From: Desulfonauticus sp. 38_4375
GTDB lineage: Bacteria; Desulfobacterota; Desulfovibrionia; Desulfovibrionales; Desulfonatronovibrionaceae
Length of the DNA stretch: 64,000 nt
Reading direction: 5' to 3'
Assembly: GCA_001507915.1 (NCBI GenBank)
Contig: LGER01000002.1
Span: forward strand, 10,804-74,803
The notes beneath the pieces are model-generated. The model made no database searches and had not been told where the DNA came from. It worked only from the letters and a program-made list of their open reading frames with translations. Each line of letters starts with the position of its first letter. The stretch's first letter is position 1. Shown here piece after piece: positions 59,382 through 64,000 of the stretch. The translations under genes and the position numbers were made by a program.

Positions 59382-60875
59382 AGAAACAAGATAAAATTAC
59401 TTTAAGCTATAATTTATTTGATTTGCCCACTGCCCAGCATAAGGCAGGCCTGGCAGGATTGCTGGTACTGATTGAATCTCTGAAAAGGAGAAATGTATCT
59501 CCCTTACCAGAAGTGGAAGAAATGACTCCATCGCGGGTGGTTATTTCTTTTACTAAAGAGAGTATACAGGTGTTGTTTGATGATTTGTATGATGCTGAAT
59601 TTGCTCTGGAATGTCTTGCGGGCCCAGCCAAAAACTCATGGAGTTTATGAAGAAAGGGCAGAAGGAAAACCTTCTTCTGAAGCTTCAAAGGTTTGGGACT
59701 CTTTAAACAAAGCCATAAAGGCCAAAAAACAGAAAGAGGAAAGTTTTGCTGGCTCTGTATTTATTGGCGCACAGGATAAGAATGCAGAGCTGGTGCCCTT
59801 TAAGGGACTTCCCCAGGAAAATTTTTTGCTTCACTTCTGGTATATTGTCAGCCTTGTTTTTGAAGTGCGATTTGTGGAAATCAAAAGAAACCAGGAAAGA
59901 AAAACAGAGATTAAGTGGAAAACTCCTGCTTATGCTATAGTCATTCCTGAACCTGCTAATAATTGTGCTTTTAAAGAAGATGTAATTGAGATGCTCTCCA
60001 ATTTACCAGTTGAAGGAGAAAGTTATACACCAGCCTCAGGAAAGGTTAATCTTTTTGAAGAAGGAGCCTTAGAATACTTGCATTTTCTTGTGGTTAATAA
60101 AAGTCGTAAAATGGGTGGGTTCTTTGACTCTATTTCTGGCCTGGAAGTTTATCATGTGCAGAAGCAGGGCAACAATGTGCGTATGCTGGAAGCATCAAAA
60201 ATAATTCCTGAGAGAAGAATTTTTGAAAAATATGAACGCATGCGACAGGCAAATATGAATCCTATTTTTAAAAGGTTTTATTTACAAAATATTCTTACCC
60301 AAAACCCGTGGTATTCAGGGAGCGAAAAATATATCAATATATTTCCTGCTGAAATATTTATCTGGAAAACTGGAAAAACTCCAGAACGAACAGCTTTTAA
60401 ATTTTTTGGCCATGATTGTAAAAAAATGTTTGAACAAATAATAGAATCTTTAACAATAAAGGAGGTCAAAGAGGTGAATGAAGAAAGTAAAGAAATGTTT
60501 CTGGCAAAAATTATTTATAAGATGGTCAAGCATTATATTTTGCTTAAGGCATTAAACAAATCTGGATTATCCACTATAACTGATGAAAAAGGCCAGGCCA
60601 TTTATCCTTTTGAAAATAAAGAATACAGGGAAGCCATTGAAAAGGTAAGTATGGATGCTTTTTTGGCTATGCGGGGGCGAAAGGAAGAGGATTTTGTGGA
60701 ATATTTTACTGGCACTATTTGTTCTGTACCTCAATTTTTGCCTCAAGAAGAATACCTTCTCCTTTCTGAGGCCCTGGTGCAGGGCGGGTGGGAAAAGGTC
60801 AAATCCTTATCCCTGCTGGCAATTTCTGCTGCATCTTATCTGGCTAAAAATATTCAACACAAGGAGGACGAATAA
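59378..60875 (+). CDS. cas8b: Cas8b-type large subunit (Csx13/Cmx8-like), split by a +1 frameshift
   Basis: ORF 59378..59650 (ATGA overlap with the cas3 stop) and ORF 59577..60875 overlap in adjacent frames. Position between cas3 and cas7. The 1498-nt span is one base more than 499 codons. The family call rests on context and is tentative. Confidence 0.65.
60474..60875 (+). CDS. candidate internally translated small subunit (Cas11-like) within the cas8 3' end
   Basis: In-frame AAGGAGG (60459-60465), 8 nt, then GTG 60474. This would give a 133-aa helical C-terminal product. Confidence 0.3.
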   Translation: MNEESKEMFLAKIIYKMVKHYILLKALNKSGLSTITDEKGQAIYPFENKEYREAIEKVSMDAFLAMRGRKEEDFVEYFTGTICSVPQFLPQEEYLLLSEALVQGGWEKVKSLSLLAISAASYLAKNIQHKEDE

Positions 60876-61814
60876 ATGAACATTTTTGGAACAGTATTAA
60901 CCTATGCTGCCCCAAGTGCAAACTATCGGGGCGAGTCTGCTGAAAATAGAAGCGTACTTCAAAAAATAACCCTGGGCAGGTTTGAATATCCTGTTATTTC
61001 TCCAGAAGCTATGAGAAACGCTTTAAGAGACACTTTAAGAGAGCTTGGGCTTCCCTGTAATCGAGAGAGATTAAACGATGAAGAACAACTGGCAGTGAAA
61101 TTTCAGGATTATCCTGATCCAGACAGATTTGCAGATGATTTTTTTATGGGCTGGCTTATTGCTGCTGGAAGCAATGATAGGAAAAAAATTTTAAAAGAAT
61201 TAGAAGAAAGAGGGCGTGATCCAGAAAAATTTACTTTTAAAAGAGATTCTCTTTTACGGATGAATCTGGCTGTAGCTTTAGAGCCATATCGTTATGATTC
61301 TATTTTTACCCAGTCTCCCCAGGATGTAACTCCAAAAGAAATAAAGTCCTGTAAAAATGCAGAGAATTCTCAGCTTCTTCATCGGGAAGTAACCTATACT
61401 CCTTTTCAATATCCTTTTGCCCTCAATTTAAATGAGTGTAAACAGAAAATAGATTGGACAAAAACCTTGCTTAAGGCCATTGGCCAATTAAATGGTGTTG
61501 CTGGCAATCATGCCCGTAGTTATTTTGAAATGGCGCCTGCCAGTATAGTTATTCGCTTAACCAAGTTGCTTGTAGCTGGTTATTCCACTTATGGCTTTAA
61601 GATTAAAGATGATAAACATCTTTTCCCAGAGGTCATAGATGGAATTTTACATGATGATTATCCTGGTTCTGAATTTTATATTGGGGGCAAAATTGTCAAA
61701 GATATGGATGAGACACAAGTAAATCAGCTCAAAGAAAAAGGAGCCACCCTTGAAAGAAATCCTCAAAGGTTGATTGATATTGTTGCGGAAAAGATGTTCG
61801 CAGCAGGAGAATAG
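60876..61814 (+). CDS. cas7: Cas7 (DevR/Cst2-like backbone subunit)
   Basis: 312 aa. AAGGAGG is 8 nt upstream. N-terminus TYAAPSANYRGESAENRSVLQKI...ISPEAMRNALRDTL. Confidence 0.8.
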   Translation: MNIFGTVLTYAAPSANYRGESAENRSVLQKITLGRFEYPVISPEAMRNALRDTLRELGLPCNRERLNDEEQLAVKFQDYPDPDRFADDFFMGWLIAAGSNDRKKILKELEERGRDPEKFTFKRDSLLRMNLAVALEPYRYDSIFTQSPQDVTPKEIKSCKNAENSQLLHREVTYTPFQYPFALNLNECKQKIDWTKTLLKAIGQLNGVAGNHARSYFEMAPASIVIRLTKLLVAGYSTYGFKIKDDKHLFPEVIDGILHDDYPGSEFYIGGKIVKDMDETQVNQLKEKGATLERNPQRLIDIVAEKMFAAGE

Positions 61815-61816
61815 AC

Positions 61817-62500
61817 ATGCTTATCTTATATTTACAGGCTCCCTTTGCCACATTTCGCACTTTTACTGCTGGAAGTTTTAGGCCAACTGCCAGATTTATC
61901 ACTCCCTCTGCTGCTTATGGATTACTCTTAAATATAGCTGGTATTGAAATGCGTTACGATGATGGCAAATCTGTAATGACGAAAATTGATTCTGGATTGC
62001 CTGAATGTTCTCTTGCTCTGGCAGCTCTGGAATTTCCCGGAATCCATAGTTTATATCAACAAATTCATAATTATCCTGTAGGTAGTAGCGGTAAAGAGCG
62101 AAAAGATATGGCTAAGGGGAGTAAATACAATATTTTTCCTGCCAGGCGTGCTTTTTTGTCAGGTATTAAGGCTTTTATAGCTTTAAAAGGTAATGATGAG
62201 TTGGAGGAAAAAGTAAGAAAAGGGCTAGCAGGAAAAACAGAAAGAAAGTATGGCCTGCCTTTTTTAGGAGACAATAACTTTTTAATAGACAAGCTGGAAA
62301 TAATCACTGAACCAAAACCTGCTCACTGGTACATTCCTTTAAAGGAAGATGATGAAGTTGAGTATAATGAACAGATTGATAGACTAACTATCACCATTGA
62401 TCGGTCTGAAATGAGTAAAACCAGATCAGCTCTGTTTGTGCCAACAAAAAGGCCAGTAAAAGACATACCACCAAAGGCATGGGTAACAGTCAAATATTAA
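61817..62500 (+). CDS. cas5: Cas5 (DevS-like)
   Basis: 227 aa. N-terminus MLILYLQAPFATFRTFTAGSFRPTARFITPSAAYGLLLNIAG is Cas5-typical. Confidence 0.8.
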   Translation: MLILYLQAPFATFRTFTAGSFRPTARFITPSAAYGLLLNIAGIEMRYDDGKSVMTKIDSGLPECSLALAALEFPGIHSLYQQIHNYPVGSSGKERKDMAKGSKYNIFPARRAFLSGIKAFIALKGNDELEEKVRKGLAGKTERKYGLPFLGDNNFLIDKLEIITEPKPAHWYIPLKEDDEVEYNEQIDRLTITIDRSEMSKTRSALFVPTKRPVKDIPPKAWVTVKY

Positions 62501-62511
62501 AGTAAATTGTT

Positions 62512-64000
62512 ATGTCCAGCACCATAGAAGACAAAAGCGTTTTCCAATCTTACTTTCTGGCAGAAAAAACAACAGATGAGCCGCTCATTCGAGTGATGGC
62601 TTTACATGCTCTGACCTATTGTGAGCGGCTCTTTTATCTGGAAGAAGTGGAAGAAATAAGAGTTGCAAATGCCAATGTCTATGCTGGTCGCAGACTGCAT
62701 GAAGAATTAGAGAAAGGATGTAAAAAATATACGTTAGAGCTTGCCAGTCAGGAGTTAGGTATTCGTGGCAAAGTTGACTATGTACGCACAGATGCCGGGG
62801 AACTTATCATTTATGAGCATAAGAAAGGTCATTCAAACAAAGGCAATCAAGCCTGGCCCAGTGATCACATCCAGGCAATTGCTTATGGCCTTCTTGTTTC
62901 TGAACACTTTAATCGTCCGGTAAAAGAGTTGCGTATTCGTTATCACGCAGATAACAAAACTATTATTATTCCTTTTGATCTGGCTAAGGCAAAAGAAGAA
63001 GTTTTAAAAGCAGTAAAAAGAGCCAGGGAACTACGTTCATCAGTTCAAAGACCTCCTGTTAATGTGTCTGAAAAGCTCTGTCGCACCTGTTCCCTTGCGC
63101 CAGTATGTTTGCCAGAGGAAGAGCGTTTTGCAGCAGAAGAAAAAGAAAAGCCATTGCGTTTATTTCCTGCTGAGGATGAAAAAAGAGTGGTTCATCTCCT
63201 TGAACAGGGAACTACGATTCATAAGGATGGATATCAGTTTATAATTAGTTTACCTGATGGAAATAAGAAATCTATTCCAGGGTCAAACGTTGCTTCTTTT
63301 GTTTTACACGGCAATATTCAAATATCCACTCAAGCCATTCATTTTTGCGCTGCAAATGATATAGGTGTACATTGGCTTTCTTATGGAGGTCATTATGTAG
63401 GGGCGTTGCAAAAAGGTGCTGGATATGTGCAACGCCGTCATCGACAATATGAAGCATTTCGCGATCCATTTTTTAAAATTTTGCTTGTATCTAGACTTTG
63501 CAGGGCCAAAGTAGAAAATCAGTTAAAATATATCCTCCGAGCAACAAGGTCAAAGCGTTCAAATGAAACACAAGGCCAGGAAGAATTGCAGGCAAATATA
63601 AATAGAATTCGCTATGAAATAAAATCCCTGGCTAAAATAGAAGAATCCTTAAGTAAAATTAATAATGTAGACCTTATTCAATATGACAGGTTAATTAAAG
63701 AGATGCGTGGGCATGAGGGCAGGGCGGGGAAAGAATATTTCAATGCCCTGTCCTGTATATTAAATTTGAAAGAAGAAGATTTTTTATATTTTGCTGGCCG
63801 TAATCGACGTCCGCCTAAAGATCCTTTTAATGCCCTGCTGTCTTTTGGTTATGCCTTGCTTTATAAAGATTGTGTAGCTGCTATTCAGGCTGTAGGGCTT
63901 GATCCCTGTTTTGGATTTTTTCATACTCCACGTTCTTCTGCCTATCCTTTGGCTCTGGATTTAATGGAATTATTTAGAGTAATCTTATGGGACATGCCAC
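62512..64000 (+). CDS. cas4-cas1: Cas4-Cas1 fusion protein (3' end beyond window; absent from supplied ORF track)
   Basis: I read frame 62512 codon by codon to 64000 with no stop (496 codons). Cas4 motifs: YCERLFY, GKVDYV, IYEHKKG, QAIAYGLL, CRTCSLAPVC. Cas1 motifs: VVHLLEQGTTIHKDG, GHEGRAGKEYF, RNRRPPKDPFNALLSFGYALLY, GLDPCFGFFHTP. Confidence 0.85.
   Translation, partial: MSSTIEDKSVFQSYFLAEKTTDEPLIRVMALHALTYCERLFYLEEVEEIRVANANVYAGRRLHEELEKGCKKYTLELASQELGIRGKVDYVRTDAGELIIYEHKKGHSNKGNQAWPSDHIQAIAYGLLVSEHFNRPVKELRIRYHADNKTIIIPFDLAKAKEEVLKAVKRARELRSSVQRPPVNVSEKLCRTCSLAPVCLPEEERFAAEEKEKPLRLFPAEDEKRVVHLLEQGTTIHKDGYQFIISLPDGNKKSIPGSNVASFVLHGNIQISTQAIHFCAANDIGVHWLSYGGHYVGALQKGAGYVQRRHRQYEAFRDPFFKILLVSRLCRAKVENQLKYILRATRSKRSNETQGQEELQANINRIRYEIKSLAKIEESLSKINNVDLIQYDRLIKEMRGHEGRAGKEYFNALSCILNLKEEDFLYFAGRNRRPPKDPFNALLSFGYALLYKDCVAAIQAVGLDPCFGFFHTPRSSAYPLALDLMELFRVILWDMP

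Noticed and set aside
63062-63469. Tracked ORFs 63062..63244 (+) and 63272..63469 (-)
   Set aside because: Both lie inside the uninterrupted Cas4-Cas1 reading frame (62512 onward), which carries clear Cas4 and Cas1 motifs.
1-64000. Search for CRISPR repeat arrays, tRNA/rRNA genes, transposases, integrases and prophage genes
   Set aside because: I saw no regularly spaced direct repeats of 25-40 nt, no cloverleaf-like or rRNA-like segments in any intergenic gap, and no recombinase-like ORFs. The array for the cas operon is presumably beyond 64000.

Overview
AT-rich, densely coding bacterial chromosomal segment with about 60 genes. I found no rRNA, tRNA, transposase, integrase or CRISPR repeat array inside the window. 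The lineage cannot be fixed from sequence alone; the gene content suggests an anaerobic, flagellated, hydrogen-metabolising bacterium. Gene order, left to right: hypF (3' part); a GT9 glycosyltransferase; two unknown proteins; a structured RNA candidate; a periplasmic-binding-protein/hybrid-kinase pair; an EamA transporter; a LUD-domain protein; an acyl-CoA ligase; dnaE-queD-dtd; a partner-switching module (REC-PP2C, RsbW-like kinase, STAS) joined to fapA-motA-motB; and two glycosyltransferases. The minus strand then carries a BMP-type nucleoside ABC importer with an embedded phosphoribosyltransferase, glpX, tkt, a six-gene Ech-type group 4 [NiFe] hydrogenase, and a 10-gene Liv-type ABC/CoA-ligase/PaaK/DUF1566/thioesterase operon. 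Back on the plus strand lies a dense two-component cluster: two PAS histidine kinases, a single receiver, REC-HDOD and REC with a degenerate HD-GYP. This is followed by an MFS transporter. The right end holds the accessory locus of most interest. It has a divergent WYL-domain regulator, a 51-aa ORF with a strong SD, and a type I-B (Myxan-like) operon cas6-cas3-cas8-cas7-cas5-cas4/cas1 that runs off the window. The Cas4-Cas1 fusion ORF and the hypF fragment are missing from the supplied ORF track because they are edge-truncated. Four genes (two CoA ligases, REC-HDOD, cas8) are each split by a single-nucleotide frameshift. Three map to A runs; the cas8 shift is only bounded to an interval that contains short A, G and C runs. 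This may be a homopolymer sequencing artefact, real pseudogenisation or recoding, and the sequence alone cannot decide. All family assignments come from motif recognition by eye; no database search was run.
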